Below are positions 1 to 9,030 of a stretch of 37,451 bases of DNA, one piece after another; position 1 is the stretch's first letter, and each line of letters starts with the position of its first letter. This DNA comes from a virus: the IMG/VR virus record IMGVR_UViG_3300045988_125650, positions 1 to 37,451 of that record. One strand, written 5' to 3'. A model generated the notes under the pieces. The model was not told the origin of the DNA and made no database searches. It saw only the letters and a list, made by a program, of their open reading frames with translations. The translations under genes were made by a program, and so were the position numbers.

Positions 1-55
1 CACTCACACTGTAAAAAAACATACTCATATGGTAAAATTGTTATAATAACGAATA
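1..55. repeat. Terminal duplication: identical to 37397-37451. Likely circular-closure overlap, or a short direct terminal repeat.
   Basis: Exact 55-nt match between the two window ends, read directly. Confidence 0.9.
39..47 (+). promoter_or_regulatory. TG-extended -10 element (TGTTATAAT) upstream of the major tail protein gene; candidate late promoter
   Basis: TGnTATAAT about 50 nt upstream of the RBS/ATG at 97. No good -35 box. Confidence 0.3.
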
Positions 56-96
56 AGACAAAAACTCTAAACTAACATAAGGAGAAACCAACCTTT

Positions 97-522
97 ATGG
101 CAGGAATTAAATCACAAGGAGCTAAACTAACTTACACCGACGGTGGCAAGAAGTTTATCGCTCACCTAACAAGCCTTGGAGCAGTTAAAATCTCAAACGA
201 AGAAGTAGATGTTACTGACCACGACAGTCCAAATGGAGCAAAAGAATTTATCGCCGGAGCTCAAAACTATGACAATATTTCATTCGCAGGCAACGTGGCA
301 GAGAACGATGACAGCTTTGAACGAACTTGGGCATTGGGACAAAACCGAAAAGCCCTACCATTCGAGGCACAATACGCAGACGGCTCAAAGATGGCCTTTA
401 ATGGCTATATTGCCTCAATCGGTATGACAGAACAAAGCACAGACGGACTTATGGGCTTTGAGGGTGAAATCAAAGTAAATGGAGCTATTACCTTTACTAA
501 AGCACCTACACGCTCAGTCTAG
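97..522 (+). CDS. Major tail (tube) protein
   Basis: 141 aa. Strong RBS (AAGGAGAAA). Position immediately before the chaperone/tape-measure genes. Sequence resembles siphovirus major tail proteins. Confidence 0.75.
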   Translation: MAGIKSQGAKLTYTDGGKKFIAHLTSLGAVKISNEEVDVTDHDSPNGAKEFIAGAQNYDNISFAGNVAENDDSFERTWALGQNRKALPFEAQYADGSKMAFNGYIASIGMTEQSTDGLMGFEGEIKVNGAITFTKAPTRSV

Positions 523-546
523 GCTACGCTCAGTCTAAATTAAATT

Positions 547-563
547 AACCCCTAACTGGGGTT
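547..563 (+). terminator. Stem-loop (AACCCC-TAACT-GGGGTT) after the major tail gene; partial terminator/attenuator
   Basis: 6-bp GC-rich inverted repeat. The following U-tract is weak. Typical position for differential expression of the tail tube versus downstream genes. Confidence 0.35.
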
Positions 564-596
564 GAAATAAATCTATCATTAAATAAGGAGAAACAA

Positions 597-869
597 ATGA
601 CTAAACAGACAAATGAAAATGAGCTAAAAATGGTATTCCTACCAAGCCGAATTAAAGAATTCGAAGAACGATATGGAATTAGCATTTTCTCAGTCTTCAC
701 AGGTTTAGAAGACCAACAAATTAAATTCACAGACCTTTTCAATTTAGTGGGCGTGCTTGCAAACACTAACGATGAAGACCTTATTAACGAATACTTTATG
801 AAGAAAACCTTTAGCAAAGTTATGAGTGAAGTTGCAGATGGGCTTACTAAAACTGGTTTTTTACGCTAG
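597..869 (+). CDS. Tail assembly chaperone (gpG-like)
   Basis: 90 aa, RBS AAGGAGAAA. Located between the tail tube and tape measure genes. Ends 6 nt after a slippery heptamer. Confidence 0.7.
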   Translation: MTKQTNENELKMVFLPSRIKEFEERYGISIFSVFTGLEDQQIKFTDLFNLVGVLANTNDEDLINEYFMKKTFSKVMSEVADGLTKTGFLR

Positions 870-1363
870 ACAATACCGAGCAAATAGAAACACCCTCTAA
901 AACGCCGTTTAAAGCCCCTCAGAGCGAAGATAACACAAAAAACGATAATGAACCCATTCAAGAGTTTTCAAGCCCACAGAACGCAAATAAAACGGTCGTG
1001 CCTTTCTTCAAGGATATGTGGGAAGACAGCGAAGAAACCGCCCTTACCGTGGGTATTCCAACCATAAAGGAATTCTGGAACACCACGCCTAAACAATTCA
1101 ATAAATATGTAAGGGCTTATCAACGAAGATTAACTGACATATTCAAGCTAACGGACATAAACAATCACCAACTCGGACTATATGTCAGAACTGCATACGC
1201 TGATGTATGGAGTGATAAAAACAAATACCCTAAAAAACCACAAATGATAGATTTGGACATCTTCCAGTTAGAAGAAAAAGAACCGTCTAAACGAAAACTC
1301 TCAGAACAAGAAGTTCAAGAGTTTCTCGAAAAACGAAGAAAAACAGACAGGAAAAATAAATAA
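597..1363 (+). CDS. Tail assembly chaperone gpGT fusion product made by a -1 frameshift at 857-863 (T-part 862-1363)
   Basis: The -1 frame is open from 851 (stop at 848-850) through 1363. This is the conserved G/GT arrangement upstream of tape measure genes in tailed phages. Confidence 0.55.
857..863 (+). promoter_or_regulatory. Slippery heptamer T_TTT_TTA for a -1 programmed ribosomal frameshift (G to GT)
   Basis: X_XXY_YYZ pattern in the zero frame of the 597 ORF, 2 codons before its stop. The -1 frame is open from 851 to 1363. Confidence 0.6.
897..998 (+). repeat. Dispersed composite repeat, copy 1 (inside the T-part of gpGT; translated ..KAPQSEDN..)
   Basis: A-motif GTTTAAAGCCCCTCAGAGCGAAGATAA plus B-motif AGCCCACAGAACGCAAATAAAACGGTC. 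Confidence 0.6.
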
Positions 1364-4119
1364 TGTCTAAAAATGTAAATATCACAATTAGTGCTGATAG
1401 CTCTGGTGTAGATAAAGCGGCTAAATCTGCCAACTCTTCCATTAGTGGAATTGGTAAATCTGCAGTATCTGCTGGTAATTCCTTTGGACTACTTCAAGGT
1501 GTCTTACTGGGAGCTGGTTTCGCTATCGCTAAAGCTGGCATAGATGCTATCGCACAATCCCTTGATGGAGCAGTTCGCCGTGTTGATACAATGAATAACT
1601 TCCCTAAGATGATGTCAAATCTCGGTATCTCTTCAGATGAAGCACGCAAGTCAATCTCGGTGTTAAGTGATAAACTCGTAGGACTTCCTACAACTCTGGA
1701 TGATGCAGTTTCAACTGTCCAACGCTTAACTGCAGTCAATAATGACCTTAAAGGCTCAACTGGAGCATTCCTTGCAATCAATAACGCAATCCTTGCTGGT
1801 AATGCACCTATGGAGCAACAAAAAACCGCTCTGGAACAATTATCGCAAGCCTACTCTAAAGGCAAGCCAGATATGATGGAATGGCGAGCTATGCTTTCCG
1901 CAATGCCGGCACAGTTGCAACAAGTCTCGAAGTCTATGGGTCTTTCTGGCATTAATGACCTTCAACAAGGACTAACAAGCGGTAAAATCTCAATGACAGA
2001 TTTTATCAATGAAATCATTAAATTGAACAATCAGGGCTTACCTGGATTTCAGTCATTCGCAGAACAAGCAAGAAACTCGACTGGCGGTATTCAGACATCA
2101 CTCGCAAACCTAAGAAACGCTTTTGTTCGCCTAACAGCTGGAATTATCGACGCTATTGGACAAGCAAATATCAGTGCCTTTCTTAATGGAATATCTAAAG
2201 CTATTACAACCGCTATACCTTATGTTCAAGCATTCATCAGAATACTATCAATGGCAATCTCAGCCGTAGTATCACTATTCGGTGGGGGTGCTAAAAAAGC
2301 ACAAGAAGTAAGTAACGCTATGAAAGCTTCGGCTATTTCAGCAGGTGGAGCAGGTGGTGGTTCTGGTGGTCTTGCAGGGGGTGCTAAACAGGCAGATAAA
2401 GCCTTAGGTGGTGCGGCGAAAAAAGCCAAAGAATTAAAAAAGCAACTCGCAAGTTTCGATGAAATGAAAACACTACAAGACCCCCTACCAGACAGTGGTA
2501 GTGGTGGTTCTGGTGGAAAAGGTGGCTCTGGAGGCTCTGGCGATGGCGGTGGAGCAAGTGGAGCTATTCAAGGTGTCGATGGACTATTCGATGGTCTTGA
2601 TAATATGGGCAACAAAGTCGATGAAATCGTCAATGGCATTCTTAGCTCTCTTGGCAAATTATGGGACGCTTTCAAGCAAACTGAAACCTTTAAAGCTATA
2701 GCTGGAGCAGTGGAAGAAATCTGGAATGTTTTATCTACTCGCCTTGGCTCAATCTTTGGCAACATTGGCAATACCTTTTCAGCATTAATGGAAGCATTCT
2801 CAAACACTACAAGCGAACGACTTCCAGAAATTGACTTGGCTTTTGCAGAGTTCTTTGGTGGTTTTGGACATCTCGTAGCGGAAACCTTTAACCTTGCTTT
2901 AATGCCGATTGATGGATTTTTCAAAGGATTTTCTGAAGTCATTACAGCTAACGCACCGCAAATATCAGAAAGCTTTTACAACAATTTACTTCCATTAGTC
3001 TCAACAGCAGGACAAATTGCAGGTGAAATTGGTAATAGCTTTCATTCAATCAGCGAGGCTTGGGAACCGGGCTTCCAGTCTCTCGGACAATTAGCTGGAC
3101 AATTCTTTACGGACTTATTGACCACTTCTGGAAACAATATGCCACAAATCACTGGACACTTTAAAGAATTAGCTACAAGTGCCATAGATAGTCTTACTCA
3201 AATTGGCACAACAGGTGGAAACATTTGGAGCACCTTTATGGGTTCAATGAAAAAACTCTGGGACGAAAATGGTAAAGGTGTTCTCGACGGTATCTTTAAA
3301 TTCGTGGATAATGTTATTCAGCAGTTTAACAGATTTATCAATGAAGTTCTTAATCCGATTATCAAGCCTTTCTTGCAGGAATTCGAAAAAGTCTGGAAAG
3401 ATAGTATTCAGCCTATGATTGATGAAGTGGTAAGGTTCGTAATGAAACTCATTAAAGCGGCAACGGACATCTACAATGGCTTTATCGCACCGATTAACAA
3501 TTTCATTTCTGGAATTCTCGCACCAGTCTTCGTGACTTTCGGCTCAATTATCGGTGGAGTGTTCAACACCATTATCAAAACCGTGGCAGACTTTGTTGGT
3601 GGGTTCTTCAAATTCTTAAATGGAATTCTCGACTTTATCTCTGGGGTCTTTACTGGAAACTGGGGAAAAGCTTGGGACGGCGTAAAAGGAATGTTCAAAG
3701 GAATTGTTCAAGGTTTCGGAGCAATCATTAAAGCACCGATTAACTTGATTATTAACATCATTAACGGCTTTATCGATGGGCTAAGAAATATCAAAATTCC
3801 AGACTGGGTGCCTGGTGTCGGTGGTAAAGGAATTAACATTCCACGAATACCCCTACTCGCACGTGGTGGTGTTGTCAATAAAGCTACAATGGCAGTTATC
3901 GGTGAAGCTGGACAAGAAGCTGTTATGCCTCTCGAGAATAACACTGGCTGGATTGATAAACTGGCAGGACAAATCGCAAATAAAGGTGGCGTTGGCACAA
4001 CCTCAGACCAACCGATTATGCTAAATGTTCAAATCGGAGATGAAACTATCTACTCTAAAGTTATTGAAGGTATAAACAACAAAACCTTTATGAGTGGTGA
4101 AAATCAAATCTTCGTATAA
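1363..4119 (+). CDS. Tail tape measure protein
   Basis: 918 aa, with Gly/Ala/Ser-rich low-complexity repeats (GGAGGGSGG, GSGGSGGKGGSGGSG) and helical segments. Largest gene of the tail module. The start overlaps the GT stop (ATAATG). Confidence 0.85.
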   Translation: MSKNVNITISADSSGVDKAAKSANSSISGIGKSAVSAGNSFGLLQGVLLGAGFAIAKAGIDAIAQSLDGAVRRVDTMNNFPKMMSNLGISSDEARKSISVLSDKLVGLPTTLDDAVSTVQRLTAVNNDLKGSTGAFLAINNAILAGNAPMEQQKTALEQLSQAYSKGKPDMMEWRAMLSAMPAQLQQVSKSMGLSGINDLQQGLTSGKISMTDFINEIIKLNNQGLPGFQSFAEQARNSTGGIQTSLANLRNAFVRLTAGIIDAIGQANISAFLNGISKAITTAIPYVQAFIRILSMAISAVVSLFGGGAKKAQEVSNAMKASAISAGGAGGGSGGLAGGAKQADKALGGAAKKAKELKKQLASFDEMKTLQDPLPDSGSGGSGGKGGSGGSGDGGGASGAIQGVDGLFDGLDNMGNKVDEIVNGILSSLGKLWDAFKQTETFKAIAGAVEEIWNVLSTRLGSIFGNIGNTFSALMEAFSNTTSERLPEIDLAFAEFFGGFGHLVAETFNLALMPIDGFFKGFSEVITANAPQISESFYNNLLPLVSTAGQIAGEIGNSFHSISEAWEPGFQSLGQLAGQFFTDLLTTSGNNMPQITGHFKELATSAIDSLTQIGTTGGNIWSTFMGSMKKLWDENGKGVLDGIFKFVDNVIQQFNRFINEVLNPIIKPFLQEFEKVWKDSIQPMIDEVVRFVMKLIKAATDIYNGFIAPINNFISGILAPVFVTFGSIIGGVFNTIIKTVADFVGGFFKFLNGILDFISGVFTGNWGKAWDGVKGMFKGIVQGFGAIIKAPINLIINIINGFIDGLRNIKIPDWVPGVGGKGINIPRIPLLARGGVVNKATMAVIGEAGQEAVMPLENNTGWIDKLAGQIANKGGVGTTSDQPIMLNVQIGDETIYSKVIEGINNKTFMSGENQIFV

Positions 4120-4125
4120 TAACAA

Positions 4126-4143
4126 GGGGCGAACCACCGCCCC
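4126..4143 (+). other. Strong GC stem-loop (GGGGCG-AACCAC-CGCCCC) directly after the tape measure stop
   Basis: Perfect 6-bp GC stem. Followed by an A-run rather than a U-run on the + strand, so it is not a canonical + strand terminator. Confidence 0.3.
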
Positions 4144-4167
4144 TAAAAAACTATAAAAGGAATTAAA

Positions 4168-4539
4168 ATGACAAGAGTTTCTCAACAATTACTCAAAATA
4201 AATGGAATAGCAGTCGCTAACCCTAAAGAATACTCGGTGGAATACAACAAACTTTGGTCAAATGCAGGAAGAAATCTTGCTGGTCGAATGAGTGCCACTC
4301 TCGTGGGACTTTACCCTAAAATCAAGGTCAAAACCGCAATACAAGAGAAAGACGTTTTCGCTAGAATGGCTCAACTCTTGCAACTACCGCAGTTTAACGT
4401 GGAATACTATGACTTTATGTCGCAAACCACTCGCACTGGTATTTTTTACGCAAGTGATTTTGATATTAAATTAAAAGAACGAGAGCGAGGCTTAATTGAA
4501 GAAGTATCTTTTAGTCTTGTTCCTTATGATAAATATTAA
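4168..4539 (+). CDS. Hypothetical tail protein (123 aa). Possibly the N-terminal part of the downstream distal tail protein, separated from it by a single in-frame TAA.
   Basis: RBS AAAGGAATTAAAATG. Same reading frame as ORF 4576-6558, with only TAA plus 12 sense codons between them. Confidence 0.5.
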   Translation: MTRVSQQLLKINGIAVANPKEYSVEYNKLWSNAGRNLAGRMSATLVGLYPKIKVKTAIQEKDVFARMAQLLQLPQFNVEYYDFMSQTTRTGIFYASDFDIKLKERERGLIEEVSFSLVPYDKY

Positions 4540-4653
4540 CCTTATAACGCCGATACAAGCCCTAGGAGCGACTTTATGCTAAAACATACATCAGAATACC
4601 TTTCGGCAGTTAAACAGCGTTCTAAACGCCAGAAAACAGCCTTAGAATTGAAG
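4533..4653 (+). repeat. Dispersed composite repeat, copy 2 (spans the TAA between ORFs 4168 and 4576 and encodes the first ~25 aa of the Dit-like protein)
   Basis: TATAACGCCGATACAAGCCCTAGGAGCGACTTTA ... CAGCGTTCTAAACGCC ... GCCTTAGAATTGAAG. Confidence 0.6.
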
Positions 4654-6558
4654 AACCCTAATAACACATTCTCATTGAACCAAAACATCACAGACAAACT
4701 CACACAAGTCAAAATCACAGCTAATGGCACATTCCTTGCAACGGCAATGAAGAAAGCTGAAATCTATCTTAGCGGAGTGGAATTTTCTAATCTTCAAGGA
4801 AAGACTTTTAAAATCACCACTGAATCAGAAAATGTAGCTCTTAATAAATATGTAAAAATATCACTCGGAGTTTTCACGGTTAAGGAAGTCAAAACTGACT
4901 ATGAAAAACTGGAAACAATCCTTACTGCTTATGATGTAATGGGTAAATTCGCAGAAGAAGACTTCAATGAAACTCACATCAACTTTCCTACAACCGTCAA
5001 GGACTTAATAAGAAACATCGCAACGAATAACGGATTAACAGTCGATGAAACAAACCTTAACACCCTTGCGAATATCAATCTAACGATTGACCAAAATCTT
5101 TGGCTCAAAATCAATAACACCACTACTCGCAATGTTCTTGATGAAATAGCGAAAACTACCGCCACCAACATTGTTATCAGAGATGAAGAAATTGTCTTTA
5201 AGAAACACACAGCTGAAAATAATAGTTATGTCTTAAATAAAGATAATCTCTTAAAATTCAAGCTGGGACAAAGTTATGGAAACATCAATAGTGTCGTTAT
5301 TGGCAGAGAACCCCAAAATGACAACATTGTCCATAAGCACAATTCAGCGACCACGCCAGAGAATACCTTTGATATTAAAATTGTTAATAATGAAATTCTC
5401 GACAAACGAAGAGTTGAAACTATTGTCCCTATCTATAATGTTTTAGTGGGCAATACACCTTACCTTAAAACTTATGAGATAGAATGCAAAACAGAAGGAC
5501 ACGGCTTTTATGAAGTCGGAGATTATATTCCTTTTAATCTCAATAATCAGACTGGTAATGGCTTTCTTAGTGAAATAGTTCTTATTGTCAAAGGTGGGCT
5601 TGATGAAACATTGAAATTCAAAAATCCTACAAACTCGAAGACCAACCATAAAACAGCTGGTTCAATCATTAAGACAATCTGGAATACTGAAATTGAAACA
5701 GACAAACAGAAACAGCAAATCTCAGCTATCGTGGAAAAAACGGAAACAATCGACCAGAAGACACGAACAGAATTAACTAAGCTGGAACAGAACATTAACA
5801 ATTTCAACTATCGCATTCAAAAAGCAGGTAGTCTGAACCTTATTAAAAACTCAGCATTCTGGAGCTGGGAAAAAGATAAACCGAGTTTCTGGCAAGCCGT
5901 AAAAAATCCACAAGTGCAAAGCTCGGCAGAAGCTAAGGCTAACGGCTCAATTTCAGCTAGAACAATATTCTTGAGTAATAACACAATCTCGCAGACAATC
6001 TCGACTGTTATCAATGAACCTTACTCATTCTCGTGTCTTGTGAAAAAACCTGTTATTGGAAACCTAACCTTTAAGATATACCAGAACAGCGAAGCTACTC
6101 ACACTGAAACAATCGCTCACGGTAAAGAAGAATTCTATAAGAAAATCCAAATCCAGAACATCATCGCTAAAACGAATGAAATTAAAATTGAAATAACTTC
6201 AGATAATGCAAATGGAGCAATCCTTGCAGATATGATGTTTGTGAATTCAAACACTTCACATAACTGGACAATGGCACAAGGAGAAATCGCTAACTCAAAT
6301 GTCGTTATTGATGAAAAAGGTATTCTTGTAAAATCAAGCTTGAATGAGGGAGATTATACAATCATTTCACCACTGGAATTTTCTGGTTATTCTAAAATCG
6401 GCACGGAGAGCGAAAAAGTGTTCTCTCTTAATAAGGACACCACAGAAGTTAAAAAACTCAAAGCGGAAGATGAACTGAGTATGACACCGATTAAAATCAT
6501 CGCAGTGAAACAAGGTGAAACTACAGGCTGGGCTTTCGTGAAGAATGGAGAAAGATAG
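4576..6558 (+). CDS. Distal tail protein (Dit)-like large tail-tip protein
   Basis: 660 aa immediately downstream of the tape measure gene. N- and C-terminal parts resemble the siphovirus Dit (Sipho_tail) family. The first ~25 codons are encoded by a dispersed repeat element. Confidence 0.45.
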   Translation: MLKHTSEYLSAVKQRSKRQKTALELKNPNNTFSLNQNITDKLTQVKITANGTFLATAMKKAEIYLSGVEFSNLQGKTFKITTESENVALNKYVKISLGVFTVKEVKTDYEKLETILTAYDVMGKFAEEDFNETHINFPTTVKDLIRNIATNNGLTVDETNLNTLANINLTIDQNLWLKINNTTTRNVLDEIAKTTATNIVIRDEEIVFKKHTAENNSYVLNKDNLLKFKLGQSYGNINSVVIGREPQNDNIVHKHNSATTPENTFDIKIVNNEILDKRRVETIVPIYNVLVGNTPYLKTYEIECKTEGHGFYEVGDYIPFNLNNQTGNGFLSEIVLIVKGGLDETLKFKNPTNSKTNHKTAGSIIKTIWNTEIETDKQKQQISAIVEKTETIDQKTRTELTKLEQNINNFNYRIQKAGSLNLIKNSAFWSWEKDKPSFWQAVKNPQVQSSAEAKANGSISARTIFLSNNTISQTISTVINEPYSFSCLVKKPVIGNLTFKIYQNSEATHTETIAHGKEEFYKKIQIQNIIAKTNEIKIEITSDNANGAILADMMFVNSNTSHNWTMAQGEIANSNVVIDEKGILVKSSLNEGDYTIISPLEFSGYSKIGTESEKVFSLNKDTTEVKKLKAEDELSMTPIKIIAVKQGETTGWAFVKNGER

Positions 6559-8355
6559 ATGAATGACAATCTTAGAGGCAACAGCGTAAGACTGGGTGGA
6601 AGCAATAATAACTACGCTTTCGTAAATTTTCAGCTTGCTGGACAAGATGTAGCAGGAAACTATTCTTTAATAAACTGGCAGTTTTACGCACACTTTGAAA
6701 GAGCGGATGCAGAACTTCGTGCCGGAGTTGTCAATACTAACGCTGGACAAGTCTATAATAACGGTGGAAGGATTAAAGGATTTCAAGGTTTAGCTACAAG
6801 AGATATACCGATTGCAAGTGGAACTGTTCGCATAGACCACCGACCAGATGGCACAGCTGAATTCCAAATCGGAGTATCGTTATTCTTCTACAATACTGGA
6901 ACAAGTGCTGGAACTTCTCGTGTTTATAATCTTCCGACTATTCCACGCCAGAGCCAACCTACCTTTTCGAAGAACCTTTATACAGTAGGTGAGCAAATCT
7001 GGCTCAATATGAACCGAAAAGCTAACTTCACACACATTGGCTCGCTACAAATTCCAGACCAAAATGAAATTGTTCGCTTTGAACACGCACAAGGTGAATT
7101 CGTATGGACACCTAACGAAGCACAGATTGATGAAATCTATAAACGAATGGCGAATACCACGAGAACCAGTCTTGGAGCAGACATCACGACTTGGAACGGT
7201 GGAACTAAAATCGGTGGATTGACCTACACAAACGTGGAAATCCAAATCAATCCAGAAACAGTTAAGCCGACCTTCAATGATTTTGTCTATAAAGATGTAA
7301 ATCCTAAAACAGTCGCAATCACTGGCAACAATCAGATTTTAATTAAGGGTTATTCACAATTTAAAGCCACGGTATTGGCTAAAGATAAAATGACCACTAA
7401 AAAATACGCAACGCCAGTAAAATATCGCTTGGAACTCGACGGACAGGCTTCAGAGCTAAACTACAGCGACACGCAGAACCTTGAGTTCCCTAGTCAAACG
7501 GTAAATTCTGATGGCACTAAAACTGCCACTATCACAGCGATAGACAGCCGTGGCATAACTACATCAGTCAATAAAAATATCGTTGTTCTTCCACACCTAC
7601 AGCCGTCTATAAACATTGAAGCGAAACGAAGAAACAACTTCGACAACATCACCAGTCTTAAAGTATCTGGTTCATTCTCACCCTTAAGAGTAAATGACCA
7701 AGATAAAAACTGTATTGAAACAGTAAAATATCGTTATAAAAATTCAAATGGAAGTTTTGGGGCGTGGAAATCCTTGGAACTCACGCAATCAAATGGTAGT
7801 TTTACGGCAAAGGAGGATTTTCTCGACTTGAACAGTGCAGACTATTATGACATTGAAATTCAAGTTGATGACAAATTATCTTCTAAAAATGAAATAGTTC
7901 GTGTTGAGGCAGGCAAGCCTTTAGTATTCTTCTCAAATAACAAGGAAAAGGTGGGCATTAACAAAGTGCCAGAACTCGGAGACCTTGATGTGCTGGGCGA
8001 CATTTATTCACGAGGCAGAAAGGTTCTCACTGATAATCAAGAAGATACCGACCACTGGGAAATGATAGATATGGGGTGGGGAGCAAGAGGCTTATTCTAT
8101 AAGAAGAATGGCTTTTGTGGCTTTCGTTTATCTTTCACTGGAAATTATGGTAATGGTAGAATGCTCGAAAAAATAAAAGAGAAATACTGGCCTAAGCACG
8201 AAACAGCTTTTGCTGGAATATGTATCAATAACAGTAGGCACTCGGGCGGTTTCATCATCAAGCTCGGCTTAAACGGTGAAATCGAAAAGCGTGGAACTGA
8301 TAGTTATGAAGAATACCACGTATCTGGAGTGTATTTAGCAAAAAATAATTTATAA
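6559..8355 (+). CDS. Tail-tip / receptor-binding protein (putative Tal/RBP)
   Basis: 598 aa. Start overlaps the upstream stop (ATAGATGAATG). Last large gene of the tail module, before lysis. Beta-rich C-terminal region. Confidence 0.4.
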   Translation: MNDNLRGNSVRLGGSNNNYAFVNFQLAGQDVAGNYSLINWQFYAHFERADAELRAGVVNTNAGQVYNNGGRIKGFQGLATRDIPIASGTVRIDHRPDGTAEFQIGVSLFFYNTGTSAGTSRVYNLPTIPRQSQPTFSKNLYTVGEQIWLNMNRKANFTHIGSLQIPDQNEIVRFEHAQGEFVWTPNEAQIDEIYKRMANTTRTSLGADITTWNGGTKIGGLTYTNVEIQINPETVKPTFNDFVYKDVNPKTVAITGNNQILIKGYSQFKATVLAKDKMTTKKYATPVKYRLELDGQASELNYSDTQNLEFPSQTVNSDGTKTATITAIDSRGITTSVNKNIVVLPHLQPSINIEAKRRNNFDNITSLKVSGSFSPLRVNDQDKNCIETVKYRYKNSNGSFGAWKSLELTQSNGSFTAKEDFLDLNSADYYDIEIQVDDKLSSKNEIVRVEAGKPLVFFSNNKEKVGINKVPELGDLDVLGDIYSRGRKVLTDNQEDTDHWEMIDMGWGARGLFYKKNGFCGFRLSFTGNYGNGRMLEKIKEKYWPKHETAFAGICINNSRHSGGFIIKLGLNGEIEKRGTDSYEEYHVSGVYLAKNNL

Positions 8356-8371
8356 AAAAGGAGAATAAAAA

Positions 8372-8701
8372 ATGGCTATTGTAAAAATTATTACAGATGA
8401 ACGAAATGCAATTATGACTTGGCACGAAATCGACCACTTCACAACAAGCTTTAATGGAACAGGCACAGTTGTAATTCGCAGTTTCGCAAATGGAGCAACA
8501 TACGCAGATGAAGTAAAAGCTCGACAAGCAGGCGACAGCACAAAGGACTTGAGCCTAAATACTTTCAGTGTTCAAATACCAGAAGGAACTGAAATTTCAA
8601 AGGAAGCAATTGAGAAAGAGCTTTTGAAGAAAGAATATTTCAGAGAAAAAAGTTCGAGACAAATCTGGGATTTTGAAGAAAATAAAGCAAAACAGGTGTA
8701 G
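8372..8701 (+). CDS. Hypothetical protein (109 aa) between the tail and lysis genes
   Basis: Good RBS (AAAAGGAGAATAAAAAATG). Confidence 0.5.
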   Translation: MAIVKIITDERNAIMTWHEIDHFTTSFNGTGTVVIRSFANGATYADEVKARQAGDSTKDLSLNTFSVQIPEGTEISKEAIEKELLKKEYFREKSSRQIWDFEENKAKQV

Positions 8702-8714
8702 AGAAAGGAGGAGT

Positions 8715-9020
8715 ATGGATGACAAATATATAAGTAAAGAAGTCTTCGAAGCGCGAATTGATGTTTTGGAAGAAAAAATCAACAGTTTGACGCAGATCGT
8801 TGAGCATACCAATGATCAGCTCGAGATTATCGCAGGGCTTTCAAAATCAGTCACTGAGCACCAAAAAGACATCGAGAGTGTGCGGCGCGAAGCTGAGCGC
8901 AATAAAGAGCGTCTTCGGCGACTCGAAGAGAATCAGAGTAAAATTGTTTGGGCTGTAGGCGTCGCAATTTTAGGAGCATTAGTGCAATTCGTTCTGAACG
9001 GTGGATTAATTAAAAAGTAA
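8715..9020 (+). CDS. XhlA-like lysis-associated membrane protein (N-terminal coiled coil, single C-terminal TM)
   Basis: RBS AAAGGAGGAG 6 nt before the ATG at 8715. About 70-aa heptad coiled coil followed by the hydrophobic segment IVWAVGVAILGALVQFVLNGGLI. Architecture matches the PBSX XhlA family. Directly upstream of the endolysin. Confidence 0.5.
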   Translation: MDDKYISKEVFEARIDVLEEKINSLTQIVEHTNDQLEIIAGLSKSVTEHQKDIESVRREAERNKERLRRLEENQSKIVWAVGVAILGALVQFVLNGGLIKK

Positions 9021-9030
9021 GGAGAAAATA

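Noticed and set aside
209-427. 72-aa alternative-frame ORF inside the major tail protein gene
   Set aside because: Fully nested in a strongly supported gene on the same strand. No RBS.
511-538. 12-bp tandem direct repeat ACGCTCAGTCTA x2 around the major-tail-gene stop (possible readthrough or extension)
   Set aside because: Readthrough of the TAG would add only 6 codons before a TAA. No long extension frame of the kind seen in phages with tail-protein Ig-like extensions.
2270-2580. Gly-rich nucleotide repeats (GGTGGTGGTTCTGGTGG..) in the tape measure gene
   Set aside because: Typical low-complexity linker repeats of tape measure proteins, not an independent element.
1494-3998. Multiple 60-124-aa minus-strand ORFs inside the tape measure gene (1494-1781, 2226-2429, 2568-2942, 3471-3698, 3708-3998)
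   Set aside because: They lie antisense within a well-supported long + strand gene. No RBS. Their Pro/Ala-rich composition mirrors the Gly-rich repeats on the other strand.
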